A DNA stretch of 64,000 bases from Candidatus Coatesbacteria bacterium (GTDB taxonomy: Bacteria > JAFGND01), in NCBI GenBank assembly GCA_016927185.1, contig JAFGND010000034.1, positions 1-64,000 of the forward strand, in the 5' to 3' direction. Below are positions 37,973 to 47,526 of the stretch, in pieces; within the stretch, counting starts at the first letter, position 1, and the number at the start of each line of letters is the position of its first letter. Below the pieces are notes generated by a model, which was given only the letters and a program-made list of their open reading frames with translations, searched no databases and was not told the origin of the DNA. The position numbers and the translations under genes are program-made.

Positions 37973-39442
37973 TTAACTCTCTTCATTTATTAACTCAAGA
38001 TATCTTGAAAATGATAATAGCATTGGTTCACTGAAATATTCTCCAATAAGTTGAATACCAGCAGGCAATTTTTCATTTTCAGATTTAACAGGTATTGAAA
38101 TGCTTGGCATTCCTGTCAAGTTTGATGCAACAGTAAGTATATCACTCATATACATTGTTATTGGATCATCAAGCTTTTCACCAAACCTGAAAGGAAGAGA
38201 TGGTGTTGTGGGTGTCAATATAAAATCACATGATTCGAACGCTTTATCCAGCTCCCTTTTAAGAAGTGTTCTTATTTTCAAAGCTTTCAAATAATATGCA
38301 TCATAATAACCTGATTTCAAGACATAAGTTCCAAGCATGATCCTGCGTTTAACTTCCTCCCCGAAACCTTCTGTTCTTGTCCTGGTGAATACTTCCATCA
38401 TGTTTTTAGCGTCTTTAGTTATTGTTCCATATCTTATTCCATCATAACGGGCAAGATTTGAAGATGCTTCAGCAGTTGCAACAATATAATATGCAGATAT
38501 CCCATATTGTGTAAGGGGAAGAGAAATATTGACAAATTCTATTTCATATCCAGATAATTTTTTTGTATAAGAATCAAATATCTTCCTGATTGATTCTTCT
38601 ATTCCTTCCTGTAAGTACTCATTAGGTATTCCAATCCTCCATTTCCTGATTCCTGGATTGAATTTATTTTTTTCCTTTCCTGCAATCCATTCCAGAAAAT
38701 TCGAAGGATATTCAGGTATAACAGTTGAACTTGTTGAATCCTTTGTATCCCTTCCCTGAATTACAGTCAAAAGAAGTGCAATATCTATGACGTTTTTTCC
38801 AAAAGGACCAATCTGATCAAGGGATGATGCAAATGCCACAAGACCGTATCTTGATACAAGTCCATAAGTGGGTTTAAGCCCTATTATTCCACAGAAAGCT
38901 GCAGGCTGCCTTATTGAACCTCCGGTATCAGAACCCAGTGCAAGCAATGATGCCCCATAAGAAACTGCTGCTGCACTTCCTCCTGAAGAACCACCCGGCA
39001 CTCTTGATAAATCAAGAGGATTTTTAGTATATCCAAAAGATGAATATTCCGTACTTGAACCCATTGCAAATTCATCAAGGTTTGTTTTGCCTATTATCAG
39101 AGCATCTTCTCTGATAATCCTGTCTATTACAGTTGCATTATACGGGCTTATAAAATCCTTCAAGATTCTGCTTGCGCAGCTAAGCCTAACTCCTTCAACT
39201 GCAATATTGTCTTTCACTGCCAAAGGAACTCCTGCAAGCAACCCTAGTGGTTCATTTTTCCTGATTTTCTCATCTATTCTTTCAGCCTGCTTGATGCAAA
39301 TATCAGGTGTCAAGCTAATGAAAGCATTACATTCTTCCTGACACTTCTTGGCTTTCTTATTAAATAATTCAGCTATTTCTATTACTGAAATATTACCTCT
39401 CTTTACTTTTCCAGCTAATTCAAAAGCATTAATGAATTCCAA
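37973..39442 (-). CDS. gatA: Asp-tRNA(Asn)/Glu-tRNA(Gln) amidotransferase subunit A
   Basis: KDNI, GKTNLDEFAMGSSTE, PGGSSGGSAAAV, GSDTGGSIRQPA, ASSNLARYDG, EVKRRIMLGTY.L.SGYYDAYY.KA. Confidence 0.95.
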   Translation of the reverse strand: MEFINAFELAGKVKRGNISVIEIAELFNKKAKKCQEECNAFISLTPDICIKQAERIDEKIRKNEPLGLLAGVPLAVKDNIAVEGVRLSCASRILKDFISPYNATVIDRIIREDALIIGKTNLDEFAMGSSTEYSSFGYTKNPLDLSRVPGGSSGGSAAAVSYGASLLALGSDTGGSIRQPAAFCGIIGLKPTYGLVSRYGLVAFASSLDQIGPFGKNVIDIALLLTVIQGRDTKDSTSSTVIPEYPSNFLEWIAGKEKNKFNPGIRKWRIGIPNEYLQEGIEESIRKIFDSYTKKLSGYEIEFVNISLPLTQYGISAYYIVATAEASSNLARYDGIRYGTITKDAKNMMEVFTRTRTEGFGEEVKRRIMLGTYVLKSGYYDAYYLKALKIRTLLKRELDKAFESCDFILTPTTPSLPFRFGEKLDDPITMYMSDILTVASNLTGMPSISIPVKSENEKLPAGIQLIGEYFSEPMLLSFSRYLELINEES

Positions 39443-39444
39443 TT

Positions 39445-40374
39445 CTATCCTTGTTCCTTCTTCTCTTTTTCTACCCTGAAATCAAAAAACTGATCAAACA
39501 AGCCTACTATGAAAACAAATGCCGCAAGAAGCGGTTCTATTATAATAAATGCAATAAAAACCCATAACAAGCTTCTTGAAAGATTCCTTTTTCTTATATG
39601 AAAGGAAAATACTGCAAGACCTTGTACCATCCATAAAAAAGCAAGAACTATGAACAAGTTATAGCCTATCCTGTAAGGACTCCATATACTCATTATGATT
39701 GATCCAAGCAAAGCTATAAGAAGCATATCATTAAGCCTGAATGAATTGAAAGCAATGCTTTCTTCCTTTCTCTGCCTGAGAAAAATCGCAATAAGAGCAG
39801 GAAATAAACTTGATATGAAATAAATCGATGGTAACAAAAGCTTTACCCAATTATATATAGTCTTGACGCCTGAAATCAGCTGATTTATCTGATTTTCTGT
39901 AATATTCATCTGTCTGTATACTTTCGTAAGATCCTCTATCAATTTCTCTGCCTCAGGAAAATTAGCTAATTTCAGAAAATCTGAACCAAATAATGTAATG
40001 CTTAGAAGAAGGAATGGTATTGCAACAAAATAAAGATTGAAAGATTTCAATACTGCTGAATTTCTTGCAATCTCAAATACTATGATTGGAATTACTGTTT
40101 CAGCAAGAAACAATGCGCACAAAACAGGATCAAAATTGCTGAAAATCAGAATAAATAACAGACCCAATAAAATAGAAACAATGCCTTTGATTTTCTCAGA
40201 TTTCAGAAGTACTGGATAGTAATAGTATATAGTTAAACCTATTCCAATTGCTTTTGCAAAACCAACAAACTGTGAAGCCGTATATAATAATCCAATACCT
40301 GAAATTCCAAGAAGAATGTACAGCCAGCTAGCAGATTGAGATTTACCAAGGTTTGAATTTGTTTCAGGTTCCAT
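39445..40374 (-). CDS. DUF2232 (YybS-like) membrane protein
   Basis: Multiple TMs; C-terminal QGLAV..F and GLFDQFFDFR motifs. Confidence 0.75.
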   Translation of the reverse strand: MEPETNSNLGKSQSASWLYILLGISGIGLLYTASQFVGFAKAIGIGLTIYYYYPVLLKSEKIKGIVSILLGLLFILIFSNFDPVLCALFLAETVIPIIVFEIARNSAVLKSFNLYFVAIPFLLLSITLFGSDFLKLANFPEAEKLIEDLTKVYRQMNITENQINQLISGVKTIYNWVKLLLPSIYFISSLFPALIAIFLRQRKEESIAFNSFRLNDMLLIALLGSIIMSIWSPYRIGYNLFIVLAFLWMVQGLAVFSFHIRKRNLSRSLLWVFIAFIIIEPLLAAFVFIVGLFDQFFDFRVEKEKKEQG

Positions 40375-40432
40375 AAATATTAGGCAGTCAGGCTCTTGAC
40401 AGGCTTGTGTTTAGTCAAGAATAAAGGACTGC

Positions 40433-40462
40433 AAAAGGAGATGCCTGAAAAATATCTCCTTT
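40433..40462 (-). terminator. Possible terminator hairpin after the WD40 gene
   Basis: AAAGGAGAT...ATCTCCTTT inverted repeat directly after the stop at 40469. Confidence 0.45.
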
Positions 40463-40468
40463 CAAAAA

Positions 40469-41482
40469 TCAATAAAGCTTCCAGTATATCAATTTGTCAT
40501 CTTTTCCACCAGAAAGAGCAAACTGATTATCTGGACTTATATCAACTGCATTAACCTCACTTGTATGTTCAGTGAAAGTTCTTATCAAACTGCCATCAGT
40601 ATCCCAGTATTTAAGAGTATTGTCATAACTCCCTGATAGAATTCTCTTGCCATCAGAGCTTATTTCAACACCTAATACTCCTCCTTGATGATCATCCATT
40701 ATATGGAGACATACTGCATCATCAATCCTCCAGTATCTTACTCCTCCATCCATTCCGCATGAAACTGCATACTTTCCATCATGACTGAACTTTACGCACG
40801 TTATTTTGTCATTATGACCCTTGTAATCCCTTATTTTTGAACCATCAACAGTTTTATGCAAATAGAAATTTGTTCCCCTGGCAACAAGTGAATAATAACC
40901 ATCATGGCTTACATCAACCGAATTCACAGGACCACTTTCATCTTTGTAAGTCAAGATACATTGCCCAGCAGATAATTTCCAGTATTTAACCAATTTGTCC
41001 TGGCTTCCGGATAGAACATATAAACCATCTGGAGACAGGGCAATAGAAATAACTGTATTCTCATGACCAGTCATGGTTCGTATAAGCTTTCCATCCGCAA
41101 TTTTCCAGTATCTGATTGTCATATCCTTGCCGGAGCTCACTGCATAATTTCCATCAGGAGTTATACAGACGCTATTCACATAATCAGTATGCCCTGAGAA
41201 TGTCATCAGGCACTTTCCCTCGACAAGATCGTAATATCTTAATGAAGTGTCATCACTTCCGGCAAGTGCTTTCTTCCCATCTGGACTGAAAACAACGCAT
41301 GATACTGGAGCGGTAAAATCAGTAAATGTGTTCATTTCTCCTGTACCCGTACTTGTTCCAGTTCCTGTACCAGTTCCCGTCCCTGTGCCATTATCTGTTG
41401 AATCATCACCACAGCTGCATCCAGAAATACTGATGCAGATTCCTGCTACTAAAATAGCTATTAATGTCAATTTATTATACAT
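40469..41482 (-). CDS. WD40-repeat lipoprotein with (GT)n linker
   Basis: ATG41482 after AAGGAG; lipobox ISGC; GTGTGTGT linker; seven WD40 repeats (SGS.D..+KYW). Confidence 0.9.
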   Translation of the reverse strand: MYNKLTLIAILVAGICISISGCSCGDDSTDNGTGTGTGTGTGTSTGTGEMNTFTDFTAPVSCVVFSPDGKKALAGSDDTSLRYYDLVEGKCLMTFSGHTDYVNSVCITPDGNYAVSSGKDMTIRYWKIADGKLIRTMTGHENTVISIALSPDGLYVLSGSQDKLVKYWKLSAGQCILTYKDESGPVNSVDVSHDGYYSLVARGTNFYLHKTVDGSKIRDYKGHNDKITCVKFSHDGKYAVSCGMDGGVRYWRIDDAVCLHIMDDHQGGVLGVEISSDGKRILSGSYDNTLKYWDTDGSLIRTFTEHTSEVNAVDISPDNQFALSGGKDDKLIYWKLY

Positions 41483-41686
41483 TTCAACTCCTTTACAAAT
41501 TTTCACAAATTCAAGAACCAGCTTTTCATTTATATAGCAAGCTTTTTCTTGATTCAGGTAAAAAGATGTTTTAGCAAGTAGTAATCAAGTTGAATTTCCT
41601 TGAAACCCTTGTTTCAGTATCTTTGGAAATCAAGTACCACAGCAAAATGACTTGCCTAAAAATAGCATAATCAGATACTTGTCTTT

Positions 41687-42115
41687 ATGCCAGATGAATG
41701 CAAAGATCAGGATCAAGTAAATATTCAGGAATTCCTGAAAGAGAGAGAAAAGATAAGGAAAGTTCTTGGAAACATAGGAGGAAAAAAGTTAAATCGTTTT
41801 TCAAAAACTTTCAATATTATTTTTTTCATTCTAGTCTTATTCGCATTCTCAGGAGTTTTCTTTTTCAAGACAATAGAGCATAAAATAGAATCAATAGAAG
41901 TAGGAGTACTTCTATTGAGTATAAAACTTGCAATCTTCTTATACAATGAGGCCAAGGTCACTCATTTTCAATTCTGGATGCTAAGTTCACTTGAAATGAG
42001 GTTGAATAATCTAAGCAAGAATATGGAAATAATGAAATCAGACATGAAAGCCATAAAGGAAAGTATAGAGAAGATTAAGGAAGAATTGGAAATAAAGAAT
42101 CAAGATAAGGAATAA
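41687..42115 (+). CDS. Hypothetical membrane protein (2 TM + coiled coil)
   Basis: 142-aa ORF ending 1 nt before secA; two hydrophobic segments, HFQFWMLSSLE.RLN, heptad-rich tail. Confidence 0.7.
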   Translation: MPDECKDQDQVNIQEFLKEREKIRKVLGNIGGKKLNRFSKTFNIIFFILVLFAFSGVFFFKTIEHKIESIEVGVLLLSIKLAIFLYNEAKVTHFQFWMLSSLEMRLNNLSKNMEIMKSDMKAIKESIEKIKEELEIKNQDKE

Positions 42116-42116
42116 T

Positions 42117-45100
42117 ATGCAGAGAATAAAAGAATGGTTAGGAAAGATTTTCCCTAACAGGAATGAAAGGGAGATTACCAAACTGAAACCATTTGTTCAG
42201 GAAATAAACAGACTTTATGAGGATTTCAAGGATCTCCCGCCAGAACAGCTTAAAGCTAAAACAGAAGAATTCCGTGATAGACTAAAGCAAGGAGAAACAT
42301 TAGATGACATACTGGAAGAAGCATTTGCTACCGTAAAAGCTGCATGTTTTCAGATGTATGGCACTGAGATTGAAGTAACAGGTCAAACAGTAGTCTGGGA
42401 CATGATTCCATTTGATGTGCAGCTTATTGGTGGAATTGTACTTCATCAAGGAAAAATAGCTGAAATGAAGACAGGTGAAGGCAAGACATTAGTAGCAACA
42501 CTTCCCACTTATCTTAATGCTCTCCCTGAAGAAAGGCATGTCCATATAATTACAGTTAATGATTATCTTGCAAGACGTGATGCTGCATGGGTAGGTTCAG
42601 TATTGAAATACCTGGGACTGACTGTTGGGTGCATACAAGGTGAAATGCGTTCTAATGAAAGACAATATCAGTATGCATGCGATGTTGTTTATGGAACTAA
42701 CAGTGAATTCGGTTTTGATTATCTAAGAGACAATATGGCATTTGCCCCTGAAGACGTTGTACAGACAAGTCACGATTTTGCAATTATTGATGAAGTAGAT
42801 AGCATTCTTATTGATGAAGCAAGAACACCTCTCATAATTAGCGGTGAAGTTGAGCAGAATGCACCTGAGGATCAATATAACAAGATAAAACCAATAATAT
42901 CAAGGCTTTATAAGGAGCAAAACGAAAAAGTAACCATTTTCCTGGACAGGGTGGATAAATTACTGAGTCTTGCCTCTATTGCTCCTGTAGACGAAGAAGA
43001 GGGTGAAGTTGTCCCTGACTGGGAAGGATTTGACAGGCTAGATATCAAGGCTGAACTTCTCCTTAAATTGTTCAAAGGTGACGAATTCACAGTAAATTAC
43101 TTCAAGTCAAAAGACATACTCGATATTTCTCCTGAAAAAAGCAGGGAAAACCTGGAAAGAGTTAAACATGAATTAGATAACTGGCTTAAAGCCTGGAAAA
43201 CTGATGATGATAATCCTGATTTCAAGAATGACAGGATTATTAATGCTGACATATCAGACTTGCTATATACCGCATTTGATGATGAGATAGTAAATAAGAG
43301 CGAAAGAGCTTTCAATAACTGGCTTACTGAAGTATGGGAACGACTTGTTGCAGCAAATCTTTTAAAGGCAGTGAAAGGAGCTCCCAAATCAAAAAGGCTT
43401 CAGAAACTTCTGAAATCAGATGAGAAGACTTTCAAGAGAGTGGAAGATTACGAAAGTTCCCTGATGAGAGATAAATTACTGTACAAATTCCTTGCCAAAG
43501 ATCTTCTTTATATTGTTGAAGAAAGACATAATTCAGTTGAAATAACTGAGAAGGGTCATGAATTCGTAGAAAGCTTTGCAGGAAATATACTTGTTCTTCC
43601 TGATCATGATGTTGAATCAAGAAAAATAATGGAAAATACTGATATCCCTGATAAGGAAAAAGCAATACAGCTTGATACATTCCAGAAATCCTATATGTCA
43701 CAGACCGAGAAATTGCATAATGTCAACCAGCTCCTGAAAGCATATACCTTATTTGAAAAAGATGTATCTTATGTCGTGCAGAACAATCAGGTAGTGATTG
43801 TTGATGAGTTTACTGGAAGATTACAACCATCTAGAAGATATTCAGATGGGCTCCATCAAGCACTTCAAGCCAAGGAAAATGTAGTTATAGAGAAGGAAAC
43901 CCAGACGCTTGCAACAATAACCATTCAGAATTATTTCAGAATGTATGACAAACTTGCAGGAATGACTGGAACTGCTGAAACAGAAGCTCTTGAATTCAAT
44001 GAAATCTATAAGCTTGATGTAATTGTTATTCCAACCAATGAACCAGTTAGAAGAATCGATTATGACGACCAGATTTACAGGACCAAAGCAGAGAAGTATA
44101 AATATATAATTGATGAAGTTATTAGATGCAACGAGATAGGACAACCTGTGCTTGTTGGTACTGTGTCTGTTGCTGTCTCTGAAAAATTGTCCAGAATGCT
44201 TAAAATAAGGGGAGTACAACATGAAGTTCTGAATGCAAGATATCATCAGAGAGAAGCAGAAATAGTTGCCAAAGCTGGTCAAAAAGGAGCAGTAACAATA
44301 GCAACTAATATGGCTGGTAGAGGAACTGATATCAGGCTAGGCAAAGATGTAGTAAGATGCATCTCTGATAAGGGTGAAGTTAAATGCTGCATAATTTGCA
44401 GAAGCAGGGATGAATTTGGAAATAAGGCATGCCAGGAATGCTTTCATGAAAATTCCTTGAAAGCATGCTCTGAAGATATACCATGTGGTCTTCACATTAT
44501 TGGTACTGAAAGACATGAAGCAAGACGTATAGACAGACAACTAAGGGGACGATCTGGAAGGCAAGGAGATCCGGGATCAAGCCGTTTCTTCCTGTCTCTC
44601 GAAGATGACTTGATGAGGATATTTGGCAGCAGCAAAATGGCAACCATAATGGACAGGATAGGAACTGATGAGGATGGTCCCATGATGCATCCCTGGCTGA
44701 CAAAAGCTATAGATAATTCACAGAAAAGAGTTGAAGCTCATCATTTCGAAATAAGAAAGCATCTTCTTGAATATGATGATGTAATGAACAAGCAGAGAGA
44801 AGTGATTTATGCTATTAGAAGGAAAGCTGTTTTCAGGGAAAACCTTCAATCTGAGATAGATAATTTCAGAAAGACTGCAGTAGAATCAGTGGTAAGCAGT
44901 ATATTGATGGGAGAAAAACTTGCTACAGAAAAAGACTATCAAAAGCTTTCTGGAGAACTGGCTCGTTTTTTTGGAATCTATCTTAGCATAGATATCAATG
45001 ACTCTTCAACAGCAAGTTATGATGCAGTATTGGAAAACACTCTGGAAGCAATCAATCTGGCATACGGAAGAAAACTGGAGAATGCTCCAGATAATCTGAG

Positions 45101-45566
45101 ACGGCTTATGGAATCACATATTATACTCATGGTGATTGATGAGCATTGGAGGCAGCATCTATATACCCTTGATGACTTAAGGGAAGGAATAAATCTCAGG
45201 GCATATGGCCAGTCAGACCCTCTTCAGGAATACAAGAAAGAGGCATTCGAACTTTTCCAGAATCTTGAGATAGAAATAGCAAAAGAAGTTACAACTCATT
45301 TACAAAGATTTGAGTTCAAGGAGGAAATTCCTGAAGAAACACCTAAAGTAAGTCATATTCAAGCCTTCCATCCTGATGCATCAGCATCTCTTCCTGTTCC
45401 CGAGGAGGAATCTGAAGAAGGATATGAGTCAAGACGAGAAGAAGAAGTTCAGAAAGAAAAACCAAAAGGCATTACGTATAAAAGGACACAGCCAAAGATC
45501 AAGCCAAATGACCCATGCCCATGTGGAAGTGGGAAAAAGTATAAGAAATGCTGTGGTAAAAAATAA
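42117..45566 (+). CDS. secA: Preprotein translocase subunit SecA (long form)
   Basis: MKTGEGKT, VNDYLARRD, IDEVDSILIDEARTPLIISG, VDEFTGR, ATNMAGRGTDI, QLRGRSGRQGDPG, C-terminal CPCGSGKKYKKCC. Confidence 0.98.
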   Translation: MQRIKEWLGKIFPNRNEREITKLKPFVQEINRLYEDFKDLPPEQLKAKTEEFRDRLKQGETLDDILEEAFATVKAACFQMYGTEIEVTGQTVVWDMIPFDVQLIGGIVLHQGKIAEMKTGEGKTLVATLPTYLNALPEERHVHIITVNDYLARRDAAWVGSVLKYLGLTVGCIQGEMRSNERQYQYACDVVYGTNSEFGFDYLRDNMAFAPEDVVQTSHDFAIIDEVDSILIDEARTPLIISGEVEQNAPEDQYNKIKPIISRLYKEQNEKVTIFLDRVDKLLSLASIAPVDEEEGEVVPDWEGFDRLDIKAELLLKLFKGDEFTVNYFKSKDILDISPEKSRENLERVKHELDNWLKAWKTDDDNPDFKNDRIINADISDLLYTAFDDEIVNKSERAFNNWLTEVWERLVAANLLKAVKGAPKSKRLQKLLKSDEKTFKRVEDYESSLMRDKLLYKFLAKDLLYIVEERHNSVEITEKGHEFVESFAGNILVLPDHDVESRKIMENTDIPDKEKAIQLDTFQKSYMSQTEKLHNVNQLLKAYTLFEKDVSYVVQNNQVVIVDEFTGRLQPSRRYSDGLHQALQAKENVVIEKETQTLATITIQNYFRMYDKLAGMTGTAETEALEFNEIYKLDVIVIPTNEPVRRIDYDDQIYRTKAEKYKYIIDEVIRCNEIGQPVLVGTVSVAVSEKLSRMLKIRGVQHEVLNARYHQREAEIVAKAGQKGAVTIATNMAGRGTDIRLGKDVVRCISDKGEVKCCIICRSRDEFGNKACQECFHENSLKACSEDIPCGLHIIGTERHEARRIDRQLRGRSGRQGDPGSSRFFLSLEDDLMRIFGSSKMATIMDRIGTDEDGPMMHPWLTKAIDNSQKRVEAHHFEIRKHLLEYDDVMNKQREVIYAIRRKAVFRENLQSEIDNFRKTAVESVVSSILMGEKLATEKDYQKLSGELARFFGIYLSIDINDSSTASYDAVLENTLEAINLAYGRKLENAPDNLRRLMESHIILMVIDEHWRQHLYTLDDLREGINLRAYGQSDPLQEYKKEAFELFQNLEIEIAKEVTTHLQRFEFKEEIPEETPKVSHIQAFHPDASASLPVPEEESEEGYESRREEEVQKEKPKGITYKRTQPKIKPNDPCPCGSGKKYKKCCGKK

Positions 45567-46795
45567 TGCGGTTTATAGTTTTTTTGATAAAACGCTTTTT
45601 CTTCAGTACATTCAAAAGTTCCAGTTTACTCGTTTCAATAATCTCATTCATTGGAGTATTCCTGGGGGTTTTTACTCTTGTGCTTGTTCTTGGAATAATG
45701 CAGGGATTTGATGAGGAACTCAAGAAAAGGATACTTGATGTACAGGGACATATTGCTGTTTTCAAGTTTCAGGCAGATTTCATAGAAAATCCCTCTGAAG
45801 TCTCAGAAAAAATCAGGAATCTGAAGGGAATCAAGGTTATTGCACCTTTCATTTCCCAGGAAGTCTTAATAATAAAGGATGGAGAAGTAACTGGAACTCT
45901 CCTGAGAGGTATTGATGCAAAAGAGGAACTTAAAATCCTTAACCTTAACGAAGGGGGAATACAAGGAAATTTTTCATTCAAGGACGGAAAAGCAAGGGAG
46001 ATTATTCTGGGAAAAACACTTGCAGAAAACCTTAATGCAAAACTGGGGGATTATGTAACTCTTGCAAGTCCTAAATTGTCAGTATCAGGACCACTAGGAA
46101 ATACAGGCCCAAGATTTCTGAAGTGCAAGGTAACAGCTATAGTTGATTTGGGTTTGTATCAATTCAATAATAATATTTCATATATAAGCCTTGAAAACGC
46201 AAGAAGTTTCTTCAAAATGAAAGGGAATTCCGTTTCCGGATTATCAATTCAGATTGATAATCCTTACAATGCAAGCATAGAGAGATTGACAATTCAAAGA
46301 ATGCTTGGAGGATTTCCTTATATCACATCATCATGGCAAGAAATAAACAGTAATCTATTTGAAGCGATTGCAATGGAACGTTTTGTGATGCTGATAATTC
46401 TGATCATAATACTTATTGTTGCCAGTTTTTCAATAATCAGCACATTGATTATAATGGTAATAGAAAAAATGAGAACAATAGGGATTCTGGGAGCTATGGG
46501 AATTTCAAGTAGAAAAATCCAGCTAATTTTCCTTGCGACTGGTCTCTTTATAGGAATGATAGGTACTGCTCTTGGAATCATCTCAGGATTAACTACAGGA
46601 AGTATCTTTTCGAGATATGATATCCTTAATCTTCCTGTTGATATCTACTGGATAGAAGGAACTCCATTCCACTTTCCTCTGAAATCCATGGTTTATCTTG
46701 TTTTATTCAGCATGGTTGTTTCATTCCTTGCATCATCACTACCGGCATGGTGGGTAAGCAAGCAGGACCCAATGAAGGCAATTAGATATGGGTAA
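45566..46795 (+). CDS. lolC: Lipoprotein-releasing ABC transporter permease LolC/E
   Basis: ISFIGV.LGV..L..VLGIMQGF, SW...N..LF.A+.ME, IGIL.AMG, P...A+RY; upstream of lolD. Confidence 0.88.
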   Translation: MRFIVFLIKRFFFSTFKSSSLLVSIISFIGVFLGVFTLVLVLGIMQGFDEELKKRILDVQGHIAVFKFQADFIENPSEVSEKIRNLKGIKVIAPFISQEVLIIKDGEVTGTLLRGIDAKEELKILNLNEGGIQGNFSFKDGKAREIILGKTLAENLNAKLGDYVTLASPKLSVSGPLGNTGPRFLKCKVTAIVDLGLYQFNNNISYISLENARSFFKMKGNSVSGLSIQIDNPYNASIERLTIQRMLGGFPYITSSWQEINSNLFEAIAMERFVMLIILIIILIVASFSIISTLIIMVIEKMRTIGILGAMGISSRKIQLIFLATGLFIGMIGTALGIISGLTTGSIFSRYDILNLPVDIYWIEGTPFHFPLKSMVYLVLFSMVVSFLASSLPAWWVSKQDPMKAIRYG

Positions 46796-47474
46796 AACAT
46801 CTCTATTAAGGGCTTCAAATATTTCCAAATCGTTTTCAACCGGAGATACTGTAATAAAAGTTCTGGAAAAACTTGATATAGAAATATTCAGGGAAGAGAA
46901 ATTATTCATTATTGGAGCTTCCGGAGCTGGAAAAAGCACTTTATTGCATATTCTAGGCACATTGGAAAGACCTGATGAGGGTAGTCTTGTCCTGAATGAA
47001 GAGGATATTCTTTCAGCTAATGCAACGAAACTGGCAAGAATCAGAAACAGGCAAATAGGTTTTGTATTCCAGTTCCATCATCTTCTTGATGAATTCAATG
47101 CTCTGGAAAATGTATGCTTGCCAGGCTTCGTATATAACAGGGATTGGAAATCAGTGAGGGAAAAGGGAATACAACTTCTTGATTATGTTGGTCTGAAAGA
47201 CAGACTTAACCATAAACCAAATCAGCTGTCAGGTGGAGAACAACAACGTGTTGCAATTGCAAGAGCCTTGATAAATGATCCTGATTTAGTATTCATGGAT
47301 GAACCTACTGGTGACCTGGATGAGAAGAATTCATTGATTTTGATGGAGTTCGTCCAGAAACTTGCTTCAGAAAAGAAACAGACAGTAGTGATTGTAACAC
47401 ATAACATAGCCCTATGCAGTTTTGCAGACAGAATTTTTGAACTTAAGCAAGGTTCCCTTCATGCAATAAAATAA
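46788..47474 (+). CDS. lolD: Lipoprotein-releasing ABC transporter ATP-binding protein LolD
   Basis: GASGAGKSTLLHILG, IGFVFQFHHLL, LSGGEQQRVAIARAL, DEPTG.LD. Confidence 0.9.
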   Translation: MGKTSLLRASNISKSFSTGDTVIKVLEKLDIEIFREEKLFIIGASGAGKSTLLHILGTLERPDEGSLVLNEEDILSANATKLARIRNRQIGFVFQFHHLLDEFNALENVCLPGFVYNRDWKSVREKGIQLLDYVGLKDRLNHKPNQLSGGEQQRVAIARALINDPDLVFMDEPTGDLDEKNSLILMEFVQKLASEKKQTVVIVTHNIALCSFADRIFELKQGSLHAIK

Positions 47475-47501
47475 AAAAGCCCCGATTTAAATCGGAGCTT
47501 T
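47473..47501 (-). terminator. Rho-independent terminator between convergent genes
   Basis: Minus strand reads AAAGCTCCGAT-TTAA-ATCGGGGCTTTTTT (one G:U pair). Confidence 0.7.
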
Positions 47502-47526
47502 GGGGGGATGGGAAGGAACTTGTTTT

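Noticed and set aside
41340-41392. (Gly-Thr)n tract as a phase-variable microsatellite
   Set aside because: Codons vary synonymously, so it is a protein linker rather than a perfect DNA repeat
42850-43500. SecA insertion as an intein
   Set aside because: No N-terminal Cys/Ser block, no terminal His-Asn and no LAGLIDADG motif visible
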